From: Acidimicrobiales bacterium
GTDB lineage: Bacteria > Actinomycetota > Acidimicrobiia > Acidimicrobiales > SHLQ01
Direction: 5' to 3'
Length of the DNA stretch: 64,000 bases
Assembly: GCA_965216815.1 (NCBI GenBank)
Contig: OZ244202.1
Coordinates: 785,762-849,761, forward strand
Every line of letters starts with the position of its first letter. Within the stretch, counting starts at the first letter, position 1. The notes below the pieces were generated by a model. The model did no database searches and was not told where the DNA came from. It saw only the letters and a list, made by a program, of their open reading frames with translations. Shown here piece after piece: positions 36,422-44,487 of this stretch. The position numbers were made by a program, and so were the translations under genes.

Positions 36422-37021
36422 TCACGCTGGATCCGGATTGATGTCAGCCACACCAATGGACTCATGGCCGACTTCGCCCGCCTCGGCTGTGGAAGGCGTC
36501 GCCTCTGTCTTGTAGGCAGCGACGAACGCAGTGATGGCGGCATCGATGCGAGATTCGATCTCTGGGGGGCTGGCGTGGTTCACACCAAGCGCCTTACGGA
36601 GTTGCTGGTGCCCGACGATGCCACCGAGGAACTGCTCGGCAGCGATCTGGGGATCGTCGATGGCGATCGCGCGCTCCTCCCGCTTAGCGGTCAGGAACCT
36701 GGTGAGGCGGTCGTAGCTCACTCGTGGGCCATGATCGAACAGCGTCTGGCCGAGCTCGGGGAATCGGCTATGCTCGCCGAGCGCCAGCTGCAACAGGACG
36801 ATAGTTCGGTCATTGAGTGCGCCAGCGGCGACAGCGCGTCCGAGGATCTGAAGGCCTTCTTCCAACCCCACTCGACTCCAGTCTTCGTTGGCTGGGGCCG
36901 CCACGGTCGAGCCTGTGATGTCATCGATGATCGCGCGGAACAGAACTTCTTTGGACTCGAAGTACCGGTACAAGGTCGCCTTCGAGCCACCGGTGGCGGC
37001 CACCACCTGATCCATGCTCAC
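36422..37021 (-). CDS. TetR-family transcriptional regulator (true start probably upstream of the annotated GTG)
   Basis: HTH 'VSMDQVVAATGGSKATLYRYFESKEVLF'. The frame stays open upstream and encodes the helix-1-like 'IDRRSRYLQAALDLFAEHGFNG', but contains no ATG, GTG or TTG. Confidence 0.75.
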   Translation of the reverse strand: MSMDQVVAATGGSKATLYRYFESKEVLFRAIIDDITGSTVAAPANEDWSRVGLEEGLQILGRAVAAGALNDRTIVLLQLALGEHSRFPELGQTLFDHGPRVSYDRLTRFLTAKREERAIAIDDPQIAAEQFLGGIVGHQQLRKALGVNHASPPEIESRIDAAITAFVAAYKTEATPSTAEAGEVGHESIGVADINPDPA

Positions 37022-37168
37022 GCCATTGAACCCGTGTTCCGCGAAGAGGTCTAGGGCGGCCTGGAGATACCGAGATCGTCGATCGATGACAAAACTGTAC
37101 CGTTCCGTTTGACTCCCAGAAACTCGAGGCGTACTGTACGGTTCCGTACATGAAAGAAGGAGTCAAGA

Positions 37169-37639
37169 ATGGATGAGGCATTCGTTGTACGGGGTGACGA
37201 AGCGCTCTCGTTTACCACGACACCTACCGACCAGCTCCGATTTCTCTGTGCGGGAGGTCCCAACATGCCCGACGTCGAGGACGAACGTCTGGCGCCAGGT
37301 GATGGTCCGCCTCTGCACCGTCACAAATGGGCCACCTGGTCGATCGTGATCGAGGGGACCTTCTTGATCCGCATCGGTGACGACGACCACAACGTCGGAC
37401 CTGGCGACCTCATTTTCACCCCACCGGACGTGATCCACACCTTCGCCTGTACCGGCGAGATCGACGGCCGGCTCATCCACTTCAACTGGCCTGGCGGGTT
37501 CCATCACCTGTACGCCGAGCTCGCCGAAGCGTTCAAAGGCGACGGCCCACCCGACTTCGGGGCCATGGCCGAGGCCGCCACTCGTCACAACGCGGAGATC
37601 CTTGGCCCTCCGCTTTCCATGACCACCCAAGCCGAGTAG
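37169..37639 (+). CDS. Cupin-domain protein
   Basis: 'GDGPPLHRHKWATWSIVIEGTFLIRIGDDDHNVGPGDLIFTPPDVIHTF' carries both cupin motifs. AAGGAG ribosome-binding site upstream. Divergent from the TetR gene. Confidence 0.7.
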   Translation: MDEAFVVRGDEALSFTTTPTDQLRFLCAGGPNMPDVEDERLAPGDGPPLHRHKWATWSIVIEGTFLIRIGDDDHNVGPGDLIFTPPDVIHTFACTGEIDGRLIHFNWPGGFHHLYAELAEAFKGDGPPDFGAMAEAATRHNAEILGPPLSMTTQAE

Positions 37640-37670
37640 CCACGAGCTGACTGCACCCGGGTAGCCCGCG

Positions 37671-37818
37671 CAGACAACCGTTACCTGGCCCGGGCAGGTG
37701 TCGCCGACAGACAACCGTTACCTGGCCCGGGCAGGTGTCGCCGACAGACAACCGTTACCTGGCCCGGGCAGGTGTCGCCGACAGACAACCGTTACCTGGC
37801 CCGGGCGGGTGTCGCCGC
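37671..37818. repeat. Tandem repeat, 37 bp x 4
   Basis: The unit is 'CAGACAACCGTTACCTGGCCCGGGCAGGTGTCGCCGA'. Three copies are perfect and the fourth is degenerate at its 3' end. Each unit contains the near-palindrome CCTGGCCCGGGCAGG. Confidence 0.9.
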
Positions 37819-37834
37819 GCGGGGCGCCGACGGC

Positions 37835-38187
37835 GACGTTTCGGCGGAGGCGAAACTCGGGTAGAGACGAGCGAAGCGAGGAACGGCGCGGTCCTAACGG
37901 GATGAGGTTCGAACCCCGACGTGGTTACAGACAGCGATGTTTCGGCGTAGCCGAAACTCGGTTAGTGAGGCCGGAGGCCGAACGGCGCGGTCCTAACGGG
38001 ATGAGGTTCGAACCCCGACGTGGTTACAGACTGCGATGTTTCGCCGGAGGCGAAACTCGGTTAGAGACGAGCGAAGCGAGGAACGGCGCGGTCCTAACGG
38101 GATGAGGTTCGAACCCCGACGTGGTTACAGACAGCGATGTTTCGGCGTAGCCGAAACTCGGTTAGTGAGGCCGGAGGCCGAACGGCG
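37835..38187. repeat. Tandem array of about 100-bp tRNA-3'-flank-like modules (A1-B1-A2-B2) ending at tRNA-Ser(TGA)
   Basis: Units are A1 37835-37935, B1 37936-38034, A2 38035-38135 and B2 38136-38187. Each holds a GTTTCG-loop-CGAAAC hairpin, a GGTTAG..CGGCGCGG linker and a T-arm-like GGTTCGAACC segment. In B2 that last segment is replaced by the real tRNA. Confidence 0.85.
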
Positions 38188-38274
38188 CGGAGGGAGGGGG
38201 ATTCGAACCCCCGGGACCCCGAAAGGCCCGCCAGTTTTCAAGACTGGTGCAATAGTCCGCTCTGCCATCCCTCC
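38188..38274 (-). tRNA. tRNA-Ser (anticodon TGA)
   Basis: Hand-folded. Acceptor GGAGGGA/TCCCTCC, anticodon arm CCAGT-CTTGAAA-ACTGG, long variable arm, T arm GGGGGTTCGAATCCCCC. Confidence 0.9.
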
Positions 38275-38309
38275 GGTATTGAGATTACCGCGTCGACACA
38301 GGGACGAGT

Positions 38310-39245
38310 TCAGCCGATCGCGTCCAGGTGTTGGGCCAGCCAGGCCTGCGCCGCTGTCCAGGCATCGTTCGATTCGCGGCGGGCCTCTTGGGCTGCCTCA
38401 CCCGCGGCGGGGTAGCTACCGAGCAGCTTCACCGCCTCATGCTTCGCGTGCAGGTTCGTCAACGCATCAGCAACGAGCGGATCGGAGATGTGACCCTCGA
38501 GATCGATCAGAAAGCAGTAGTCGCCCAGACCGCGTCGGGTCGGGCGTGACTCGAGCTTCGTCAGGTTGATGCTGCGTGCTGCGAATTCCTGGAGAATGCC
38601 CAGCAGAGATCCGGGCCGGTCGGCGCGTTGGAACACGACTATCGAAGTCTTGTCGTTGCCCGTCCTCGCAGGCACCCGATCGGGAGCCACGACGACGAAT
38701 CGCGTCGTGTTCTCGGGGTGGTCCTCGATCTCGCTGGCGAGGATCTCCAGCCCATACATCGAAGCGGTCATCGCCGGGCCGATCGCTGCGCGGTGGGCTG
38801 CTGGGTCAGCAGCCAGCTGCTCGACGGCTTCGGCGGTGGAGTTCGCGGTGACGGGCACGACTTCGGGGAGGTGTTCGGCCAGGAAGCCCCGGCATTGCCC
38901 GATGGCATGCGGAATCGATATGACCTCGGTGAGATCTTCGAGCCGAGTTCCGGCCTCGGCGATGAGGTTCATCTGTACGGAAATCACAACTTCGCGTTGG
39001 ATGAGAAGTTCGCTGTCGAACGCCAATGTGTCCTGAGACGCGTTGACCGATCCCTCGATGGAGTTTTCCAGGGCGACGAACCCGAGGTCGACCTCGCCGC
39101 GAGACGTCGCGTGAATGACCGACGGCATCGAAGGAAACTGTCGGTGCTCGAGGTTCGCTAGGTCGGGCTCGGACGTGAGCGCCTGTTCGGTGAAGGTGCC
39201 GGAAGGTCCGAGAAACCCGATCGAGGTCGCAGCAATGTCGTCCAC
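38310..39245 (-). CDS. pheA: Prephenate dehydratase
   Basis: 'IGFLGPSGTFTEQA', 'ALENSIEGSV', and the ACT domain 'KTSIVVFQRADRPGSLLGILQEFAARSINLTKLESRP'. Confidence 0.9.
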   Translation of the reverse strand: MDDIAATSIGFLGPSGTFTEQALTSEPDLANLEHRQFPSMPSVIHATSRGEVDLGFVALENSIEGSVNASQDTLAFDSELLIQREVVISVQMNLIAEAGTRLEDLTEVISIPHAIGQCRGFLAEHLPEVVPVTANSTAEAVEQLAADPAAHRAAIGPAMTASMYGLEILASEIEDHPENTTRFVVVAPDRVPARTGNDKTSIVVFQRADRPGSLLGILQEFAARSINLTKLESRPTRRGLGDYCFLIDLEGHISDPLVADALTNLHAKHEAVKLLGSYPAAGEAAQEARRESNDAWTAAQAWLAQHLDAIG

Positions 39246-39313
39246 GGTCGAGCCAGGATAGGCGAGCGCGGACCCCGGGCCCCGGAGTTTGCACGCCGGG
39301 TAGGGTCAACCGA

Positions 39314-40024
39314 ATGGAACGACTGTATTTCCGTCAGCTTCTCTCGGGCCGTGACTTCGGCACATCCGACCCGGTCGCCCAGCAGATGGTCAACTTCGTC
39401 TATCTCATTGGCGACGCCGAGACGCGCGAGGCTCTGGTCGTCGATCCCGCGTATGACATCGATTCGATCGTCGACATCGCCGAGGCTGATGGAATGACGA
39501 TCGTCGGGGCGCTCGCCACGCACCACCATCAGGATCACGTCGGCGGGAACATGATGGGTTATCCGATTCAGGGTGTGCACGAGCTGAAGCAGAGGGTCGA
39601 TGTGCCGGTGCACGTACAGTCGGTGGAGGCGGAGTTCGTTTCGAAGGTGACCGGGCTCGAAGCTGCGGACATGGCCACCCACGAGGGAGGCGACGTGTTG
39701 TCGATCGGCGAGATCGACATAACGCTGATTCATACACCGGGCCACACGCCCGGATCACAGTGTTTCCTGGTCGAGAATCGCCTCGTTGCCGGCGACACGT
39801 TGTTCCTGGATGGTTGCGGACGCACCGACCTGCCCGGAGGCGACCCTCGAGAGCTCTACCGGAGCTTGACCCAGCGATTGGCGAAGGTCCCCGACACAGC
39901 GGTGCTCTTTCCAGGCCACCAATACTCACCGGCGCCGTCGGCGTCGATGGGCGACACGCGCACACACAATTTCGTCTTCAAGCCGCAGACCGAACAGCAG
40001 TGGCTTGCGATGTTCGGTCAGTGA
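39314..40024 (+). CDS. MBL-fold metallo-hydrolase (glyoxalase II-like)
   Basis: 'THHHQDHVGG' metal motif and 'HTPGHTPGS'. Confidence 0.8.
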   Translation: MERLYFRQLLSGRDFGTSDPVAQQMVNFVYLIGDAETREALVVDPAYDIDSIVDIAEADGMTIVGALATHHHQDHVGGNMMGYPIQGVHELKQRVDVPVHVQSVEAEFVSKVTGLEAADMATHEGGDVLSIGEIDITLIHTPGHTPGSQCFLVENRLVAGDTLFLDGCGRTDLPGGDPRELYRSLTQRLAKVPDTAVLFPGHQYSPAPSASMGDTRTHNFVFKPQTEQQWLAMFGQ

Positions 40025-42138
40025 GATTCGGGCTTGCCGGGTTCGTTGATGACCGGTGGGCCTGTGGCCGGTTCTTGATCGACCGCCGTCTCCTGCCACA
40101 TCTTGAAGCAGCTGTCGCAGCTCATGTGACGGATCCCGCGCCCGTTGTCGACGATGTCGGCGCGGGCCGGGGCACCGCAGTGCGGGCAGATGTCCGGAAC
40201 GATCAGTTCGTCTCCCGCCTTCTTGCCCTTGCGCTGAGCCTTCTTTTCTTCCTTCTTGCGCTTCCGTCGCTCTGACCAGCTGCGCAGACGTGAGCTCTTC
40301 TGGTCGAGTCTCTCGCGTTCCTCGTCGGCCGCCTCGTCGACCGTCGTGAAGAACTCGTGGTCCTCTTCGGGATAGTCGCTGCTCAGGTCGTCGACTTCAT
40401 CGGTGGGCGGTTCCGCCGATCGGCCGGCGAGCATCGAGTCGATCGCCTCCCGATAGTCGCCGGTGAACGCTGGGGGCATCGAGTCGACATCTCTGCCTTC
40501 GTTCGCATCTGGAGCGAGGGGCGGTTGCGGGGAAGCGGTCGGTGCGGAACGACGGTCCGCCGCGGACGGAGGGGCCATCGGGGGAGGTGCCTCGATCATC
40601 CCGTCGACGGGCGGGGCGGGTGGTGTTGCGTTCGTTTCGGTGTCGAGTGTTGGGGTTTGGTCGACGGGTGCGACGGGTGCGACCGGTGCGACGGGTGCGA
40701 CGGGTTCGGGGGTTTGGTCGACGGGTGCGACGGGTTCGGGGGTTTGGTCGACGGGTGCGACGGGTTCGGGGGTTTGGTCGACGGGTGCGATGGGTGCGAC
40801 GGGTTCGGGGGTTTGGTCGACGGGTGCGACCGGTGCGACGGGTTCGGGGGTTTGGTCGACGGGTGCGACCGGTGCGACGGGTGTTGGGGTTTGGTCGACG
40901 GGTGCGATGGGTTCGGGTTCGGGGGTTTGGTCGACGGGTGCGATGGGTGCGACGGGTTCGGGGGTTTGGTCGACGGGTGCGACGGGTGCGACGGGTGCGA
41001 TGGGTTCGGGGGTTTGGTCGACGGGTGCGTCGGGTGCGACGGGTGCGATGGGTTCGGGGGTTTGGTCGACGGGTGCGTCGGGTGCGACGGGTGCGATGGG
41101 TTCGGGGGTTTGGTCGACGGGTGCGACCGGTGCGTCGGGTTCGGGGGTTTGGTCGACGGGTGCGACCGGTGCGACGGGTGCGATGGGTTCGGTGTCGGTG
41201 TGGAGGTCGAAGGTGGGGAGTTCGTCGACGGGTGCGATGGGTTCGGGTTCGAGGAGCTGATCGACCGGTTTGGTGTCGGCTGGACCGACGGCGAGATCGA
41301 AGTTCGGAATGGCCGTCTCGACGAGGCTTGCTTCGTCCAGGCCCGACATCTCGTCGGGGTGCACGGTTATCGCATCTTCCTCAGCCATCGCGGCGGCGAG
41401 GTCGCCAAAGTCGTCTGGTTCGTCCGCCTCCTCGTCGCTCGACAGGAGACGACTCCACAGACTCGAACGGCGCGTGAAGATCTCGTCCTCGCCCTCGGTG
41501 TCGGGTTCGGGGGTTTGGTCGACGGGTTCGGTGTCGGGTTCGTCGGTGTTGGTTGCTGGTGCTGTGTCGAAGAGCGCGTTGCGGTCGAAGAGCGGGGTGT
41601 CTGGCTCGGAGTCCCCCAGGCCAGTCGCCGGAGCGGGGTCCTCAACCGTCGCATCGCGGTTGTCGAGGATCGCGCGGCTGTCGTGCGTCGCAGCGCGGAA
41701 TGTCGTTACCCGAGTACCGCGTCGCGCTTTTGCGGGCTGGTCACCGACCGACGCCTCGTCCGGCCGCGGCTCCTCGACAGGTGCCGCCAAAGGACCGGCG
41801 GTCGTGAAGGATGGTGCGACCATCGCCGACGGTTGCTCGGCCCCGGCTGTTGCCCCATCGGCCATGGATGACGCCAGCTCCCGTTCCTTCGTGGGCGAGA
41901 CGGTCTGTGGCGCTGGCTCCGATGGGGCGTCGATGGTCGAGAACGATGTCGGAAGGCTGCTGTCGTCCGACGACGGCGCCTGCCAGATCGGCAGCCCCGG
42001 CGACGGCGCCTGCGAGGTGCTGGGGGTGGCCACACCATCGGTCTCGGCGTCGCGAGGCTCGTCGCCAGTGCCACGACGGGCAGCGGACTTCTTCCCGAGA
42101 CGTGACAATCGCCTGCCAAGGCTCATGTGGACCTTCAT
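40018..42138 (-). CDS. Proline-rich tandem-repeat protein with a C-terminal basic segment and a CxxC...CxxC zinc-ribbon-like domain
   Basis: 706-aa ORF. The central roughly 200 aa are 'PEP(V/I)APVAPVDQT' repeats. The C-terminus is '[18 protein letters not shown]...[32 protein letters not shown]'. No family recognised. Confidence 0.6.
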   Translation of the reverse strand: MKVHMSLGRRLSRLGKKSAARRGTGDEPRDAETDGVATPSTSQAPSPGLPIWQAPSSDDSSLPTSFSTIDAPSEPAPQTVSPTKERELASSMADGATAGAEQPSAMVAPSFTTAGPLAAPVEEPRPDEASVGDQPAKARRGTRVTTFRAATHDSRAILDNRDATVEDPAPATGLGDSEPDTPLFDRNALFDTAPATNTDEPDTEPVDQTPEPDTEGEDEIFTRRSSLWSRLLSSDEEADEPDDFGDLAAAMAEEDAITVHPDEMSGLDEASLVETAIPNFDLAVGPADTKPVDQLLEPEPIAPVDELPTFDLHTDTEPIAPVAPVAPVDQTPEPDAPVAPVDQTPEPIAPVAPDAPVDQTPEPIAPVAPDAPVDQTPEPIAPVAPVAPVDQTPEPVAPIAPVDQTPEPEPIAPVDQTPTPVAPVAPVDQTPEPVAPVAPVDQTPEPVAPIAPVDQTPEPVAPVDQTPEPVAPVDQTPEPVAPVAPVAPVAPVDQTPTLDTETNATPPAPPVDGMIEAPPPMAPPSAADRRSAPTASPQPPLAPDANEGRDVDSMPPAFTGDYREAIDSMLAGRSAEPPTDEVDDLSSDYPEEDHEFFTTVDEAADEERERLDQKSSRLRSWSERRKRKKEEKKAQRKGKKAGDELIVPDICPHCGAPARADIVDNGRGIRHMSCDSCFKMWQETAVDQEPATGPPVINEPGKPESH
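40652..41250. repeat. Intragenic tandem DNA repeats (variable 9-39 bp units) encoding the P/V/A/D/Q/T repeats
   Basis: Reiterated GGTTTGGTCGACGGGTGCGA(C/T)GGGT... units on the + strand. Confidence 0.85.
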
Positions 42139-42239
42139 TCATGCCGGGTCGTCAACCTGGACGACAAGAACTGGAACGAGGTCCAATCGGCAGGACAGCC
42201 GGTGCATCAAGTCTTTACCCCCGCTGCCGACAGATCTCC

Positions 42240-42854
42240 ATGATGTCAACGCACGACGATCGGGCGATCGAGATTCTCGACGATGGAGAGTCTCGGACGC
42301 TGCTCGACCGCATCGCGGACCTCGAGGGTCACCTCGAGGCTGCGACCACACGGAACACAGAGCTGGAGAAGCGGTTGCGCAACGGGGTCGATGCGGCCGG
42401 CCAGACCATCGAGGAGGCCAAGATGGCAGTCGCATCCGCACACGAGGCCACGCTCAAGAATGCAGGGGCCGACGCGACCGTTGGCGACAACGAGATGGAG
42501 CAGATCACTCAGAAGCTCGAAACGGTCTCGGCCGCCCTCGAAGAGCTCGCACGTCGAATAAGCATTGCCCGGGGATCGGTGAACCGTCGCATCGCTCAAA
42601 GCGGTACGCGGGTGCGCGTCCACGGCCGCCAACCGGCCGAGAGGACCAAGGGTTCGACGCGAACCGCCAGTGCGTCGCGAGCCCAACCCGCCCGTCGTCC
42701 AGAGTCGCAGCGGTCAGCGGTAGCTCCGCGATCTCCGAAGCGAGAGCTATTCTCCGTCGAACCTGACCCGCCGGTCGACGACGTGCTCTTCGACCAGTTC
42801 TTCGCCGACGGCGATGAGGAAGAACCGAGTCGTCGCTGGCTCCTGAGCGGCTAG
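42240..42854 (+). CDS. Coiled-coil hypothetical protein
   Basis: Starts at ATG 42240 ('MMSTHDDRAIEIL'). Has heptad-like 'LLDRIADLEGHLEAATTRNTELEKRLRN' and 'MEQITQKLETVSAALEELARRI', then a basic and an acidic tail. The ORF-track start at 41811 overlaps the divergent gene. Confidence 0.5.
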   Translation: MMSTHDDRAIEILDDGESRTLLDRIADLEGHLEAATTRNTELEKRLRNGVDAAGQTIEEAKMAVASAHEATLKNAGADATVGDNEMEQITQKLETVSAALEELARRISIARGSVNRRIAQSGTRVRVHGRQPAERTKGSTRTASASRAQPARRPESQRSAVAPRSPKRELFSVEPDPPVDDVLFDQFFADGDEEEPSRRWLLSG

Positions 42855-42935
42855 GTCCCACGGCGCGATCCTTGCCGGGTCGCGCGCAGTCCACCAGACT
42901 TGGCGGCACGAAACGACCTCGAGCAGGCGGTGTAC

Positions 42936-44456
42936 ATGGACAGGCGAGCATTCCTACAGGCTGGTGTCATAGGTGCTGGAGGGCTTGTCGCCTCGAGCAG
43001 CGCGGCGGCAGCCAGGCAGCCCGCAGCCACTGGTCCCTACGGATCGCTCGATGGCATCGAACCTGATGCCAACGGCGTGATTCTGCCCGAGGGCTTCACA
43101 TCTCGCGTCGTCGGTATCGGCGGTGAGACCGTCGAGGGAACCGACCACGAGTGGCATGTCTTTCCCGACGGCGCGGCAACCTTCGACGACGGTCAGGGTG
43201 GCTGGTTCTATGCCTGCAACAGCGAGGTTTTCAGCGCCGGGCTGGGTGGCGTGAGCGCCGTGCACTTCGACGCCGACGGCAAGATCACCGCCGCCTATCC
43301 GATCCTCACCGGCAGTATCGCCAACTGCGCCGGTGGACCGACCCCGTGGGGCACATGGCTCTCCTGTGAGGAGGACTTCGGAAACGAACAGGGTCTGGTC
43401 TGGGAGTGCGACCCGAGCGGCGCAAGCGAACCGGTTTCCCATCCGGCCATGGGCCGGTGGGCGCACGAGGCCGCGGCGGTCGACCCGGTCGGCGAGAAGG
43501 TCTACATGACCCAGGATCATCCCGAGGGTCTGCTCTACCGCTATACCCCGACGAACTACCCCGACCTTTCCGAGGGCCTACTCGAAGCAGCGATACTGCG
43601 TGAAGGCGATGAAGTCTTATGGGAAGAGGTCCCCGACCCGTCGGGCGCTTCCGCTCCCACGCGCACGCAGGTAGAAGGGGCGGCGTTGTTCAACGGTGGC
43701 GAAGGCATCTGGTATCACGACGACTGGATCTACTTCTGCACCAAGGGCGACAACAGAGTGCATGCCGTCAACGTACGAACCGACCACTACGAGGGCGTCT
43801 ACACCGCTGATCCGGCACAGGTCGCCGCCGGAACTGCCGTGCTCTCGGGCGTCGACAACATCACGGTCGAGGAGGGCACCGGCGATCTCTTCGTCGCCGA
43901 GGACGGCGGCAACATGGAAATCGTGACCATCACGCCCGACGGTGCCGTCAGCCCCTTCCTTCGCGTTCCCGGCCAGGACGACAGCGAGATCACCGGACCG
44001 TGTTTCAACCCGGCCGGGGACCGTCTCTACTTCTCGAGCCAACGCGGGCAATCGCCACGTGCCGTTTCCGACATCGTCCCCGGGCTCGAGGCGATCGGGA
44101 ACACCGCCGGAATCACTTGGGAGATCTCCGGACCGTTCCGCGGGGCCGGGAAAGCTCCGAGCCCGTCGACCACCACGACGGTGCCGGCTTCCACCAGCAC
44201 ACCGTCGACGACGAGCGTCGCCTCGACGACCACCTCGTCGCCGCAGTCGACGACGTCTGCGGCCGCGTCCAGCACGAGCTCGCCCGCGACGACACTCGCG
44301 GCGGTCGCCACGAGCGACGGCGTCGGTGGCGGCAACGGCACCGCCGTCGCAATCGGAGTCGGCGCAGCGGTGGTACTCGCGGCCGGCGGAGCAATCGTCG
44401 CCGTGCGAAACCGATCAGCTGATGGTGACGATGGGGACGAGTCGCCGGGCTCGTAA
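42936..44456 (+). CDS. PhoX/DUF839-like secreted protein with a Tat signal, Ser/Thr-rich linker and C-terminal TM anchor
   Basis: 'MDRRAFLQAGVIGAGG' twin-arginine motif, 'NCAGGPTPWGTWLSCEE' PhoX-family signature, a 'TTTVPASTSTPSTTSVASTTTSS' linker, and the TM 'AVAIGVGAAVVLAAGGAIVAV'. Confidence 0.7.
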   Translation: MDRRAFLQAGVIGAGGLVASSSAAAARQPAATGPYGSLDGIEPDANGVILPEGFTSRVVGIGGETVEGTDHEWHVFPDGAATFDDGQGGWFYACNSEVFSAGLGGVSAVHFDADGKITAAYPILTGSIANCAGGPTPWGTWLSCEEDFGNEQGLVWECDPSGASEPVSHPAMGRWAHEAAAVDPVGEKVYMTQDHPEGLLYRYTPTNYPDLSEGLLEAAILREGDEVLWEEVPDPSGASAPTRTQVEGAALFNGGEGIWYHDDWIYFCTKGDNRVHAVNVRTDHYEGVYTADPAQVAAGTAVLSGVDNITVEEGTGDLFVAEDGGNMEIVTITPDGAVSPFLRVPGQDDSEITGPCFNPAGDRLYFSSQRGQSPRAVSDIVPGLEAIGNTAGITWEISGPFRGAGKAPSPSTTTTVPASTSTPSTTSVASTTTSSPQSTTSAAASSTSSPATTLAAVATSDGVGGGNGTAVAIGVGAAVVLAAGGAIVAVRNRSADGDDGDESPGS

Positions 44457-44487
44457 CCCCGCCATGACTACTCAGCAGTCCGCTAGA

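Noticed and set aside
37671-38187. Possible CRISPR array suggested by the regular repeats
   Set aside because: The units are contiguous with no unique spacers. Two different repeat systems (37 bp and about 100 bp) abut one another, no cas genes are nearby, and the 100-bp units are homologous to tRNA-flank sequence.
37698-38569. ORFs 37698-38105 and 38036-38569 with repeated 'ERRGPNGMRFEPRRGYRQRCFG' peptides
   Set aside because: They are translations of the tandem modules and run straight through tRNA-Ser(TGA), so they are not coding.
40357-41871. Plus-strand ORFs with striking '[14 protein letters not shown]' Cys/Gly/Asp repeats (also in two further frames)
   Set aside because: They are the antisense reading of the proline-rich repeat gene. 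The minus-strand ORF is longer (706 aa), runs through non-repetitive flanks and ends in a structured zinc-ribbon-like domain. The call remains worth confirming by expression data.
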